DNA of 64,000 nucleotides from Eledone cirrhosa. Taxonomy: Eukaryota. The notes beneath the pieces were generated by a model. It searched no databases. It was not told where the DNA came from and saw only the letters and a list, made by a program, of their open reading frames with translations. This document shows, in pieces, positions 1-13,442 of the stretch (the first letter of the stretch is position 1; each line of letters starts with the position of its first letter). The translations under genes and the position numbers were made by a program. Location: NCBI GenBank assembly GCA_964016885.1, contig OZ024743.1, positions 29,140,001 through 29,204,000 on the forward strand, given 5' to 3'.

Positions 1-438
1 GTTCTCCTTTTCACTAATCTTTGATATTATATTAGCATCTGCTGGGCAGCTAATTTCCACTACTGTGCATGGTTTCTTCTCCCTGTCCCATATCATAATA
101 TCTGGTCTGTTATGCCTGCATTTTATTGGGGTTTTTACTGGAACATTCCACCAGTACTCTTTCATATTATGTACATGGATGTCTTCCACATTGCTGTAGC
201 TTTTAATGTGTTTATTATCGGCGCTATCTTTTTTACGAACTGCATTGTACAGTGTTTTGGCCACTTCATCATGACTCATAGGTAGATAGTACCGCGATGA
301 CATCTTTGGACAGCTGCTGATGACATGGGTGATATCCTCGATGTTAGTTCTGCAGAGTCTGCACTTGTTGTCACATCTAGGTGTTTTGCCTGCATCCCTA
401 TCTGTTTTGTGAATCAGGTATTTCGTGCTAATCTCCTG
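1..438 (-). mobile_element. Non-LTR retrotransposon fragment with restriction-like endonuclease (R4/Dong-like); CCHC knuckle plus PD-(D/E)xK domain, runs off the window
   Basis: Manual minus-strand translation has no stop: QEISTKYL...KCRLCRTNIEDITHVISSCPKM..YLPMSHDEVAK...WWNVPV...HNRPDIMIWDREKK.CTVVEISCPADANIISKISEKEN. It is absent from the ORF track because it is open at the window edge. Clade assignment is by motif recall. Confidence 0.85.
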
Positions 439-458
439 ATATATGTATGTATGTGTGC

Positions 459-492
<34 letters not shown>

Positions 493-495
<3 letters not shown>

Positions 496-1200
496 AAGAG
501 ATGAAATCGAAAATGCAACTGGAGTCTTATTTTTTTAAAAAATATATATATTTATTTGGTTCCTTTACCGGTTTCGCAGTTCTTCTGCTTTTCAAAAGGT
601 GAGTTGAGATGGAGGGTCTGTGGTTTTTCTCACATCCGGTTGGTCTCTGAATGTTACTTGTTTTATATGGAAAAAGTGGCTCGAAATGCCAGGTTTTTCG
701 AGAAGTAATTTGATTGGTTTGTCAATAATTATAATAAATTTCGCGCCAGTTCGCGTTACAATAGTTCTTCAAATAAGAGGGGGGGGGGGGGTGTGTGTCA
801 CAGGTTGTTTTTTCATATATGAAAAAACAACCTGTGACAAACCGCCCCCTCTTATTTGAAGAACTATTGTAACGCGAACTGGCGCGAAATTTATTATAAT
901 TATTGACAAACCAATCAAATTACTTCTCGAAAAACCTGGCATTTCGAGCCACTTTTTCCATATAAAACAAGTAACATTCAGAGACCAACCAGATGTGAGA
1001 AAAACCACAGACCCTCCATCTCAACTCACCTTTTAAAAAGCAGAAGAACTGCGAAACCGGTAAAGGAACCAAATAAATATATATATTTAAAAAAAAAAAA
1101 TAAGACTCCAGTTGCATTTTCGATTTCATCTCTTTTTCTTTATACTTTCACTCGTGTAGGACACCTCGGTTATTTTTCATTTTGTAAAAAAAAACCTCAC

Positions 1201-1208
<8 letters not shown>
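493..1208 (+). mobile_element. Palindromic non-coding PLE-derived element between (TA)n tracts
   Basis: Arms 493-817 and 818-1137 are near-perfect reverse complements (centre CATATATG), followed by a unique tail 1138-1208. The identical 79-aa ORF on both strands reflects the palindrome. Contains a hammerhead motif. Related copy at 45713-45973. Confidence 0.75.
562..599 (-). ncRNA. Minimal type-I hammerhead ribozyme, U3-A8 core variant
   Basis: Minus strand: cctt TTGAAAA gcag-aagaa-ctgc GAAA ccgg TA aagg. Stem I cctt/aagg, stem II gcag/ctgc, palindromic ACCGGT stem III, GUA triplet. The mirror copy at 1029-1066 (+) has a G5A change (TTAAAAA). Confidence 0.7.
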
Positions 1209-1253
<45 letters not shown>

Positions 1254-1382
1254 AAAGTTTTATTTAAAATTGTTGGGTTACAACGAGTAAATATTTTATA
1301 ACTGATATAAAAGCACTCAACAGGTTTTGGAGTAGGTTTGCGATATTAAACAAATGGAAACTATATTTATAAAACCATATTT

Positions 1383-1446
1383 ATTTCATTATATATATTT
1401 CAGGGATATCATATTAAAAATATGGTATGCCTTCCTCAGACAAAAT
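1383..1446 (-). ncRNA. Hammerhead ribozyme in the Naiad 3' UTR/pLTR
   Basis: Minus strand: attttgt CTGAGGA aggcataccatat-tttta-atatgatatccct GAAA tatata TA atgaaat. Canonical core, long stem II with mismatches, palindromic stem III. Confidence 0.75.
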
Positions 1447-2985
1447 ACAATATATAAACCGTTTTATAAATAAATTTGACATACCTTAAACATTACAACT
1501 TCCATTTAAAAAGTTGATTTGGTAGTGAAAATGTTAAGGACAGTTAGAAAGAAAGACGAAGAGAAAAAAGAAGGAAAGTGTATAGTGCTAAGGACGAAGA
1601 GAAGAAGAAAGAAAATGTATAGTGCTAAGGACAGTTAGAGAGGAATACGAAGAAGATGAAGAGATGTATGTAAAGAAAAACAACAGAGCGAGATAGAGAG
1701 AGAGAGAGATATGGGAGAGAGAAATATATATTGAGGAAGTGAAAAATGATAGGCAGCTTGTGCACAGATGATCACCGTACAAATGAGAGATTAAGAAGGG
1801 AAGGGGGTACTGTAATTATTTATTTATTTATTTATTTATTTAGTTATAGTGTTAAGGATACGGAGAGAGATAAAGAAAATAAAAATAAATAAAGAGAGGT
1901 ATAGAGAGATATAGGTGGTGGGAGAAACGAGGTAGATCGAGTAATATCTATCATACGAGGTGGGAGAGATACAGTTAAATCAGCCGATACATAAATCATG
2001 TCAAGTGTAGAGGGAGGAGGAGAAGAAAATAGATATATTCAGAAGGAAATATTATGTTTCATCCATTTGAATTATCAATTCATATGAGTTAGGTATTATA
2101 ATGTAAATATCAATATTCATGAATGAGACACATATCAATAATGTGTGAAAAAATGAAAAAATAATGACCCTATGTTTAGTTTTAAAAATTCTTAGGTTTA
2201 TAATCAAAATCTGAGATAAAACTTCAAAAATACTGAAACACATAATTATATATATATTTTCATGAAAAAAAAAAAGAAAAAAAAAAAAGAGAAAAAAAAA
2301 AGAGAAAAAAGAGAAAAAAAAGAGAAGTTTATCTCAAATTCAAGTTGACAATTATAGACACACATGTGAATTTACGTGATCGGTTCTGTAAATTCTTATT
2401 TTTCATGAAAATCTTCATTGCGTTACAAAAAATTCCACCATACATATATGTATATACATATATATATAGACATAAAATATACATTAATATTAATAATAAT
2501 ATTCTTGCCCTCACTTACATGATTATCGTTCAAGCATAGAATAGACAACAGATATCAATATATTAAAAACGCCAAGAATATTTTCATCACTCCCCAGAGT
2601 ATCTAGGGACGTAAGAAAACATAGTATGCCACGCATATCAACCACAGAAAACCACCCTTCCAATTTATTTGACAATATATTGTCAAGTTCATTAGAAGCA
2701 ATCAAAATCAAAAGCAAACAGAACCAAAATTTTTCAACAAAACTTATTTAGCAGAAAACATTCAAAAAATTTATGGATACCCAGTTGTTCTACAAATGCT
2801 CTTATATTTATTATAGAGGTTTACCTAGCTTAAAAAATTATTCAATAGATTGGGACCATCATCATTTTAGGGTAGTTTAATTAATTTCATTAATTATATA
2901 CTCGTGAGGAAGGTTTTAAAAATTTAAGGAATCGAAAGATTTATCGCCAAGTTTCATAAATAGTTAAATTTCTTAAGTAAATATA

Positions 2986-3662
2986 CTACATTTTAAATTT
3001 ATATTTATATTTAAAAGTTGAGTTCAATCTATGTCTGCAGCAGCTGAATAAATTGGTCCGTAAATTAAGGGAATTTTTAGATTTTAGTATAAAGAATATC
3101 TCCTCCGCGCAGAGGTCACATGTCTCAGAAGAGGAATTAAAAGGAATCCCTTTTGAGACTATATTCCAAACCATCGAATATCCAACGTTATCATGTTTAA
3201 GTTGCCAGAGTAAGCCTGATAGTGATGTTGAAGATTTTTTATTTGGATCCGTGAAAGAAAATTCTTGTGATTATTATAGCGAAGTTTAAATTCTGTCGAG
3301 GTGGAACCAACATAATTAAAAGAATTTAAGTCAGTTTTAACATTACAGTTGTATATTATATTTTTAACTAAGCAATTGTTATTTAACGGACATTTAGATC
3401 TATCTCTACAGTTACAGTTGTTTACTTGAATATTGTTTAGGCTATTTTCGGTATTTTGGCTAGGTTTTAGATTCCTATTATTTATTCTATTAATATTTTG
3501 TGCAAAATTTTTGGTGGACGAGTATGTTAATTTTATAGTATGTCTATTGAAAATTGAGTGATACTTATGTGTTCTAGGGAAGCGTTTGTCAAGAGCATTA
3601 AAAAATAGTTTAGCGATGTGGGTTTTAATGTTTAGTGAGAAGGGGGGGGGGGGGCAAACCAT
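2986..3662 (-). pseudogene. GIY-YIG endonuclease portion of the same Naiad ORF (frameshifts at ~3642-3654 and ~3258-3262)
   Basis: PPFS...FP...IFN.HTIKLTYS, CNCR...CPL...CL, IIY...YVGST...FKLRYNNH. After the shift: SFTD...TSLSGLLWQLK...VWNI...CDLCAEE...LNLRTNLFSCCRH. Confidence 0.88.
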
Positions 3663-5212
3663 ATTATATTTCTAGTTCTATTTCTTTTCTGGTTTTTGGA
3701 ATTATTGTAATGCTTTCTATTATAGTTGTTAAAGTTGTTACCGTAATTAAAATTGTTGTTATTTTGGTTAGTTTGTCTATTATCGATGTACATAATTTTA
3801 TCACTATATCCTGCTCTAGCTAACGCTTCATTGTAATACTGGGCTTTTTCGTCGAAAATATTTTTATTAGATGAGATTCTAGAGATACGTTTTTGAACAG
3901 AGTTCACTATAGTATTTTTAACAGATCTGGGGTGATTAGAGCTAAAACTGACATAATTCAAGTTTTCATTTAACTTGTGAAATGGATAGTGAAGACATGT
4001 GTTGAGATTTAATGTTACATCTAGGAAATTGACTATTCTATGGTTATTCTCAATTTCTATTTTTAGATTAAGGTAATTAAAAAATTGTATAATTTGTTTT
4101 CTTTTTCTATTTAGTTCAGAGTTATTATTTTCAATAAGTAAAAGCATGTCATCTCTATATAATCCTCCGGTAACACCGGGTATTTTCCTATGCAGCGAAT
4201 TAATTATAAATAGGCCCACAAGGTCCGTTACCTGAGGTGAGTCTGATGATCCCATAGTAATGTCGAAATTATTATCTCTATCTGCCCTAGTCCATAGTTG
4301 GTTATTAAATTCTATCAATGTTTTCCTTGCCGATAATATAATGTGCATTTCATTGCTAGTTAGGTCTGTATGTTTGAATGCGTAATTTAGTGCCTTATTT
4401 AGTAGATTAGGGGTAATAGATGAATAGTAGTTAGCAATATCTAGTTGAATAAATTTATTATTATTGTTATATTTAATTTCTTTAAACCACTCAATGACCT
4501 CTCCAGTTCCCTTCCACAAGCTCAAGTTAGGTAAACAATTCAAGTTCTTAATTTGCTGTATCACCCTGTCTAGAATGTTTTTGCTAAGTTTACCCAGGTC
4601 AGATTTTGATGGTGCAATCAATCTGACTGGCAAGTCATTTTCAAAATTTCTTTTGTGATCTTTCATATTGATCTTGGGTTTCCTGGGCACGAAAGGTTGT
4701 GTTTTGTTCTCAATTTCCAACTCATGCATTATACAAGATGCCTCAACATTCATTTTCTCAAGTTCAGCCTTATCTGCTACCTTGTACTTTTTCCTTAGTT
4801 CTTTCAGTATGAGGCCATTATACATGTCTTTTTCCACTCCATAGAGGTTGTTGGTTTTGTCCGATTTCACCAAGATCTTCTCTGTTCTCTCTAAGCTCAC
4901 AATATTATCCTTAATGCTTTTCAGATATTCCTGGCCTTTGAAGTTTCTCTTGAATTTGACTCCTTGTATGATAGAAATTATATCGTTTTCAAAATCAATT
5001 AAAAGTTTGTTGGGGGGTGGATTTTTTTTAGATTTGAAAACTTTGTCTAAGTCAGAGACATTTTCATTTATATTAGATTTATCAAAGTGGAATGCACGCC
5101 ACCTGATTCTCCTTATAAAAGAGTCTGATTTATCTATTAATTGTTTAATAAAGTCCTTGTTTCTAGGTAGAGGTATGTCTTTTAGAGAAGAAGAGATCTT
5201 AAAGAATTCCAT
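3632..5212 (-). CDS. PLE reverse transcriptase (Naiad-type), N-terminal 526 aa of a frameshifted ORF
   Basis: SLKDIPLP...RRIRWRAFHF N-terminus, KSDKTNN, PVRLI, FIQLDIANYYSSI (motif A), FDITMGSSDS (motif B), LYRDD catalytic motif, VNFLDVTLNL, SNHP thumb, IIWFAPP linker. Confidence 0.92.
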   Translation of the reverse strand: MEFFKISSSLKDIPLPRNKDFIKQLIDKSDSFIRRIRWRAFHFDKSNINENVSDLDKVFKSKKNPPPNKLLIDFENDIISIIQGVKFKRNFKGQEYLKSIKDNIVSLERTEKILVKSDKTNNLYGVEKDMYNGLILKELRKKYKVADKAELEKMNVEASCIMHELEIENKTQPFVPRKPKINMKDHKRNFENDLPVRLIAPSKSDLGKLSKNILDRVIQQIKNLNCLPNLSLWKGTGEVIEWFKEIKYNNNNKFIQLDIANYYSSITPNLLNKALNYAFKHTDLTSNEMHIILSARKTLIEFNNQLWTRADRDNNFDITMGSSDSPQVTDLVGLFIINSLHRKIPGVTGGLYRDDMLLLIENNNSELNRKRKQIIQFFNYLNLKIEIENNHRIVNFLDVTLNLNTCLHYPFHKLNENLNYVSFSSNHPRSVKNTIVNSVQKRISRISSNKNIFDEKAQYYNEALARAGYSDKIMYIDNRQTNQNNNNFNYGNNFNNYNRKHYNNSKNQKRNRTRNIIWFAPPPPSH

Positions 5213-5352
5213 TTTTTTCAGTTATAATATAAAGCGCTCAACAGTATTGGAGCAAAATATATGCAAAAGTTTTATTTAAAATTGTTGGGTTACAACGAGT
5301 AAATATTTTATAACTGATATAAAAGCACTCAACTGATATAAAAGCACTCAAC

Positions 5353-5452
<100 letters not shown>

Positions 5453-5631
5453 GTGTAGTTGATATTGCACAGAAATATATTTAAAGATTATTTTTTCTTT
5501 AATCCGACATAATGGATAATTTTATAATTGTTACATTAAATATAATCGGTTTCGATTAGTGTAAAAATATTATTAAATATTGAATATTGAATATTTAAGA
5601 ATGTTTATTCATGTATTCTTTGAGCTGTTCG

Positions 5632-5925
<294 letters not shown>

Positions 5926-6616
5926 GAGAGTGACATGCATACACACATGCTTACACACTCACAAACATGCCGACATAATTATAGATTTTATCACATATGG
6001 AAGCGCATGCGTGTGTAAGAAAGAAAAATGATGAAGTCAATAAGGTGCAAAACAACCAATCAATAAGTTAGTAGCTCGAACTATCTCACCTTGATTTTAA
6101 CATGTTCACGGCTAAGGCTAACTGCTCTAAAATGACGCAGTCTGTTTAGCTGTAAATAGGTACTACAACTTATCACTTTGCTTACTTGTGAAATTAATAC
6201 GTAAGCGACTCGATATTTTTACAGAAACATGTGCTCTAAGCTAGAAATAGAAGCCAAATCTATCTCAAAACAAATTCAATAATCTAAAGATAAAAGGAAT
6301 TGACAAATAATTAGTCATTAAACGATGTTCAAACGAATATAAATAAAAATTCTTTTGTCCATGGGAAATAACTCTTCTAAATCTTTTTATTGGGTTATTG
6401 CCCCTCTGTTGTTTAATTTTATGTTTATTTAACAAATTAAATAAAGCTTCATTGTTTTTTACTTTCGTTTTCAGTGTATATATTTAAACATAAATTAATT
6501 AAACAGTACATTTTAAAATTATGATGTAAAGAGGAAGTAAATAAGTGGTGGTTAAATTCTTGAGAGTTCGGCCTTTATTTCCTTTGTGTTATTCTTTTTA
6601 TATCTATATATATATA

Positions 6617-6829
6617 GGCGCATGTCTGAGTGGTTAGAGAATTGGATTCACAATCGTGAGATTGTGAGTTTGATTCCCGAACCGGGCGATGCGTTATGTC
6701 CTTGAGCAAGACACTTTATTTCACGTTGCTCCTTCTACCTGGAGTTGCGACCGATAGATAGTATTAGCAACTGGAAAGACCAATGGAAACATTGTTTCCT
6801 CGGTCCGATTTGACGAAAGTCGATCGTTC

Positions 6830-6830
<1 letters not shown>
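6617..6830 (+). mobile_element. tRNA-derived SINE, family B (CORE-like)
   Basis: A-box-like TGTCTGAGTGG, B-box-like GAGTTTGATTCC, then TGTCCTTGAGCAAGACACTTT. Related copies on the minus strand at 16485-17165 and 50870-51150. Confidence 0.7.
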
Positions 6831-6894
<64 letters not shown>

Positions 6895-7228
6895 AAAATT
6901 AAGATAAATCAAATGAATTTAATCTAAATCAAAATTATGGGTGTCATGCAAGAAAGACATGCGCCATATCACCCGCAAAATAAGCTCTAAGATTCTAACT
7001 AGAAATTGATTAACATATACATTTTATTCATGTTAATTTAGTTACCTACCTAGCTATGTGTGGTACACACTTGTAAAAAATATCTCCTGTGATTATTCAT
7101 GTTTATTTATATGTTAATCAATTTCTAGTTATTATATATATATATAAATAATATATATATATATACATTCTTTGGATTTTCATCTTCAAATTTATTATTA
7201 TTACTATATAATATATATATAATACATA

Positions 7229-7548
<320 letters not shown>

Positions 7549-8576
7549 GCAGACAGACAGACAGAGATTGTGTGTGTGTGTGTTGTGTTGGCAGTAATAT
7601 AGGGTGTTGCAGATAGATAATATTGTGTTACTTTACCTGTTGTCGGAGGCCTACCTATGTTTGGATAGTCATTTGGGATCTGTTGTAACATACATGCAAA
7701 CATGACGACACACAATGGTAAGCGATAAATCAATTCCATTTCCTGATCGATACTGTTTCTACTGATCACGGAAAGAGGAAATAGGAAATAACATTGGCGA
7801 TATTTGAACATTGATTTTACTAACTTACCATCTTGAGTAAATTTCTTCAGCTTAAATTTGCTGAAGATATATGGATGTTGCTGTTGTTGTTTAGGTAACT
7901 CGAAATTGATCTCATCTGAGAAAACCTATAGTCAAAGGCAACAAAGCTGTGACAATCCCAATTTTTATTTCAAGTTTTATGCATCCAGAACTACAATGTC
8001 CAATGTCTTCTTTTCTAAAACGTCAATGTGTGTTTTAATGGATATCTGGCTGTTATTTCATGGTAGATAAGCTGTCGCATAGAGGCTCCTTCGATGAATC
8101 GAAATATTTAGGATGTCCAGATGTATAGGACACTTGTAACTCACACTACATAAGTTTTGTGAGTTCATTGGAGTTTTATAGGCAGTTTCTCTCTTCCTCT
8201 TCCCCATCTCCCCCCCCCTCTCTCCCTGACCCCATCTTTCTTTCTTCCTACTTTTTCTTTTACATTAGACACGCTGTCGACGCTTAGTAATAATCGTTCT
8301 ATTGATGTCACTCCATTAAAGTGGAAAACTTAAACTGTCATTGCACTAACCCCCACCTATTCCCCCGTTTTGATCTGGTATTTCATATATCGATCAAGAA
8401 ATGGTGAAAGGTGATGTTGACCTCGGCCTGGTTTGAACTTAAAGGTTCTAACAATTCCGCTAATATAACAGTTTTATAAGTAAAGTTAAAGGGCCTTTAA
8501 CTTTTGATGGAGTCGTAGGGGCACCATCTGGATACACAACGTATCTTCGGCATTTTAAACCTGGTGGAACCTAGAC

Positions 8577-8614
<38 letters not shown>

Positions 8615-8896
8615 TTATATATATATATATATTTATATATATATCACCAGTACTGGACTAATACTTTTTTTATCGACATCGAAAATATGAAAGGGACACA
8701 CCATTATATACCCCGCCAAGTGTCCTTGAAGCAAATAAATATTTAAGGGTCAGTACCCATGTCCAATTTCTTGTAATAAATTTGATGAGAATCAAATGTT
8801 CACATGTATATATGTATGTATGTGGGTGTGTGTGGATGGGTGAGTGTATTTATGTATGTATGTTCTGGTTTTATAATTTTATAAAGCTTTACCAAC

Positions 8897-9004
<108 letters not shown>

Positions 9005-10321
9005 GGATCGAATACCACAAAGCAATCTATCAGAGGTTCAAGTGACTACGATTTCCCTACTTACTTGGATACGACCACCTAGTACAACTACAGGGAACTA
9101 ATTGATCTAGTACCTACTTTTGATAACTCGGTGACTTAGGGAATATAGAAGTAGTGTGCTGTTCAAGAAGTACATCGAAATACATATTGCAGATTTGAAT
9201 TCATGGCTTATGATCAGGCACACCAATAATTTAGCCATCTTGTTTATAGCAGAATTGGGATCAATATTAGTAATTCTATGGCATGAGAAATCAAGGGATC
9301 TGATAGCCCATTCATATATATTTATGGTCACTGAAGTTCACGCCTTCCAACCTACCACACACATATGTGCGATGAATATAAATATATGATGTGTATGTGT
9401 ACTGAAAATATTAATATATCCAAGTGTGTGCACATACACACACGCATATCCATTCACATACACACACTCAGTCATACATATATGCATATGTCTGTGGAAA
9501 CATGCATACACATATACACATGTCTATGGATACAAGCATGGATATCATGATTACCCGGTTTCGATCCCACTGTATGACACCCTGAGTAAGGGTATTTACC
9601 AAGGACACATAGTGACCCAAGCCTTGTGAATGAAATTGGGTATACGAAAACCATATGGAAGCCAATCAGATGGATTGCACCTGTAATTCAAAGACTGGAT
9701 TGTGACTTTGCTGCCACGCTGCGCCTCCATCACTCGGGTTCATCGTGCGACTTTCGTTTCCTCGTGTCTATGAGTATGCACTCTAGCTCTGTCAACGAAG
9801 ACTTCATGCTTCGGTTGAATAATTAGTCGAAGGTCCATCTCGTCACAAGCACGGTGGTTTAATATATTTTTATGGCCTCTTTTAGCTTCCTAAGTAGCTC
9901 TCCTTCTAGTCTAATTTTCTCTATCACTACCCCTTTACTAAACCCTATTGATTCTGCTCTTATCGCCCTTTTCAAGGTGAACCACCATTTGTTGTCGACG
10001 ATTGCCCTCTTCAAGGCCCACTTAGCCTATTCACTATTACGGTCTCTCTTGTGCAGTCGACAAAATAAAGTACCATGCACGCACTAGGGTCGATATAATC
10101 AACTTTCTCTTCCTACAAATTGTTCATCTTGGACCTAGATTAAGTAGAAAAGTGATGGATTAGCAGAAACGTTAGAGCGTCGGTCAAAATGTATTGCAAT
10201 ATTTAGTTACGACTTTCCACCTTCCGAGCCGATAAATCTGTTAAATACAGGGGTTGATTTAATCGATTTTCCCTTCCCCGAAATTATTGGTCTTGTGTCA
10301 GTGTTAGATATAACTATTTAA

Positions 10322-10530
10322 GGGTGATGGATTGGCAGTATCGGTTGAGCATCGGACAAAATCATTTACGGTATTTAGTCACGACTTTGTACATTCTGAG
10401 TTCAAATTCTGCTGAGGTCAGCTTTGAGTTTCATCTTTCCATGGTCGACAAAATAAAGTACCAATTAAGTACTGGAGTCAATATAATCAACTTTCCTCTA
10501 CCTCAAAATTACAGGCCTTTTGCCTTAACT
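10322..10530 (+). mobile_element. tRNA-derived SINE, family A
   Basis: TGGCAGTATCGG A box, GAGTTCAAATTC B box, GTCGACAAAATAAAGTACCA body. Preceded by another degenerate copy at ~10150-10300. Confidence 0.8.
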
Positions 10531-10873
10531 ATAACAAAATTATGTAATTATCTCTGTAACTCTATTGTATGTGTGAGCAGCTTTTTGTGTGTATCTATGT
10601 GTTGGGTATCAGACCAAAACATCTAGCTAACGTGTCAAGAAAATATTTCTAGTACTGTCCTTAAAATGCATAAATATATTTTGTTTGCATTTGTAATTAG
10701 TTTTAGTAAATTGAAAATAGAAATAACGGCGTTTGAAATTTTCAGAAAGTGAAACAAATTTATATTTTCAAATGTCAACAAAATATATTTACACACAAAT
10801 AAAAAGTACTGCGATTGTAAATCTCATAACTCAAATTAATCTTTCTATAATTTTTTTTTAAAGATAGAAAGAG

Positions 10874-11082
10874 ATGTGTATGTATGTATGTATGTATGTA
10901 TGTATGTATGTATGTATGTATGTATGTATGTATGTATGTATGTATGTATGTATGTATGTATGTATGTATGTATGTATGTATGTATGTATGTATGTGTATG
11001 TATGTATATGTATATATGTATGTATGTATGTATATATATATATATATGTATGTATGTATATATATGTATGTATGTATGTATG

Positions 11083-11118
<36 letters not shown>

Positions 11119-11166
11119 TGTATGTATGTATGTATGTATGTATGTATATATATGTATGTATGTATG

Positions 11167-11202
<36 letters not shown>

Positions 11203-11204
11203 TG

Positions 11205-11236
<32 letters not shown>

Positions 11237-11420
11237 TGTATATATATGTATGTATATATGTATGTATGTATGTATGTATATATATATGTATGTATGTATA
11301 TATATATGTGTATGTATGTATATATATATATGTATGTATGTATGTATATATATGTATGTATGTATATATATATATGTATGTATGTATATATATGTATGTA
11401 TGTATATATATATATGTATG

Positions 11421-11453
<33 letters not shown>

Positions 11454-11472
11454 GTATATATATATATTTATG

Positions 11473-11511
<39 letters not shown>

Positions 11512-11608
11512 GTATGTATATATATATATGTATGTATATATATATATGTATGTATGTATGTATGTATATATCTATATGTATGTATATATCTATATATATA
11601 TATGTATG

Positions 11609-11701
<93 letters not shown>

Positions 11702-12066
11702 GTATGTATATATATATATGTATGTATATATATATATGTATGTATGTATGTATATATATATATGTATGTATGTATATATATATATATGTATGTATGTATA
11801 TATATGTATATATGTATATATACGTATGTATGTATGTATGTATGTATGTATGTATGTATGTATGTATGTATGTATATATATATATGTATGTATGTATGTA
11901 TGTATATATATATATTTTTGTATGTATATATATGTATGTATGTATGTATATGTATATATGTATGTATGTATGTATATATATATATATGTATGTATGTATG
12001 TATATATATATATGTATGTATGTATATATATATATGTATGTATGTATATATATATATGTATGTATG

Positions 12067-12097
<31 letters not shown>

Positions 12098-12102
12098 ATA
12101 TA
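10874..12102. repeat. Compound (TATG)n/(TA)n microsatellite
   Basis: ~1.2 kb of TATG/TA repeats; source of the spurious 400+ aa ORFs. Confidence 0.98.
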
Positions 12103-12380
12103 TCAGGTCAGCAGTTGGTGCTACTGGTAACATGTATCCCAGTACAACCTGTCCCATGGTCGGGTCGTTGGCGATTAAACTGGCAACCCCACCAAGGTTT
12201 CTTGGTGAGGAGGGTGACTCTGGACATCCTCCAGGACTAAAAACAAAACCTGTCAAAGGGCAAAGGAGTTCTTAAGAGTCAATGGCCATCCAAAATCACC
12301 GGGAGAGATGACCCCTTAGCCTTTGTCAAGGCAGAATTCTAGGAGAAGGAAAACTCTGATATAACACCTGCAACCCTGAT
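12103..12380 (+). mobile_element. Probable RTE-clade LINE 5' UTR fragment
   Basis: GC-richer segment containing CTAGGAGAAGGAAAACTCTGAT, which resembles a motif I recall from RTE 5' UTRs. Not verified. Confidence 0.45.
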
Positions 12381-13044
12381 GGTATCCAATGATGTTGACT
12401 TGTTCTTCTTTTTGGTAAATATCATCTTGGTTAAGAGAGTGGGACTGGCTTTGTGCAGTGCCTTTGTTCACTATAAAAGCTTCACGGCACAGGCATTGCT
12501 TTATATCTGGAGATCTCTCTGCACTTGTCATCACATGGTACCATGGGCCCAGCGCTATGTGTCAATAATTGTCACAAGTGTAGTGTTTGTACCAGAGTTT
12601 TCAAGTCGCTGGCTGGACTAAAAAGTCTACTCGTTCAGCGCATCGGTAGGGGTTCTCCTACATGGATATAAAGTAGTGGCCGTACTCGAAAACGAGTTGG
12701 CAGCCACCATGTATGAATACACATACACGTACACTGCAGTTTGTTTTTTTAATGTTCAAAAGGATAAACAAATCCAAGAGTTCCTTAAAATATTATTGCT
12801 TCTACTTTTAGCCCAAGGCCAGCAACTTGAAGGACAGGAGAATGTCGATTAAATCGACCCCAGTGTTTTACTGTGACTTAATTTTATCGACCCCCTAATG
12901 ATGAAAGGCAGTTACAAAATAATAAAACTGTTAAGGGAGTGGTTTAAAAATCCAAAATTTTTGTGATCATTAAAAAAAAATTAATGTTTTGAGACTATCT
13001 CACATTCTTGCTTACTTCCCCTGTTTTAAACAATAGACGCATAA

Positions 13045-13442
13045 TGTATTGTCGGACAATATTCTTTGTGACATAGAGTTACGACCCTTTACGTTCCGAG
13101 TTCAAATCCCGCCGAGTTTAGTTTTACCTTCCATCCTTACCGAGCCGATAAAATAAAGTACCAGTAACGCATTGAGGTCGATTTAATCGATTTTTCCCCT
13201 TCCCCAAAATTGTTGGCCTTGTGCGTAAATCAGAAACCATTAATTTAGCTAAGGGCGGTGGATTGGCAGTATCGGTAGAGGGTCAGACGCCATGCTTTCC
13301 AGCATAGTTACGTCCCTTTACGATCTGAGTTCAAATCCCGCCGAGGTTGACTTTGCCTTTCATCCTTACTGGGTCGATAAAATAAAGTACCAGTAATGCA
13401 CTGGGTAATTGCTGGCCTTATGCCTAAAGTAGAAACAATTAT
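13045..13442 (+). mobile_element. Two head-to-tail family A SINEs (13045-13240, 13253-13442)
   Basis: Both have GAGTTCAAATCCCGCCGAG...CATCCTTAC...GATAAAATAAAGTACCAGTAA...GGCCTT.TG. The second retains the A box TGGCAGTATCGG. Confidence 0.85.

Larger units (their letters stand above)
1251..5352 (-). mobile_element. Near full-length Penelope-like retroelement, Naiad clade, inserted in (TA)n
   Basis: RT plus C-terminal GIY-YIG reading frame 5212->2986, ~1.7 kb 3' UTR containing a hammerhead, 71-bp direct repeat of the 3' terminus at the 5' end (1251-1321 = 5263-5333), TA tracts on both sides. Confidence 0.92.

Noticed and set aside
620-1008. Identical 79-aa ORFs on both strands
   Set aside because: Consequence of the palindrome; non-ATG start and no recognisable domain.
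2860-3662. Selenocysteine recoding/SECIS, reported for some Naiads
   Set aside because: Conserved cysteines translate as Cys with no in-frame TGA, and the ATGA...AAA stretch after the stop does not form a convincing SECIS helix.
10874-12275. 400+ aa ORFs (MYVC/YI repeats) and similar HT/CV/YI/RE/poly-M ORFs throughout the window
   Set aside because: Stop-free translations of microsatellites, not proteins.
13253-13345. tRNA gene
   Set aside because: A and B boxes present but no cloverleaf; followed by a multicopy SINE body.
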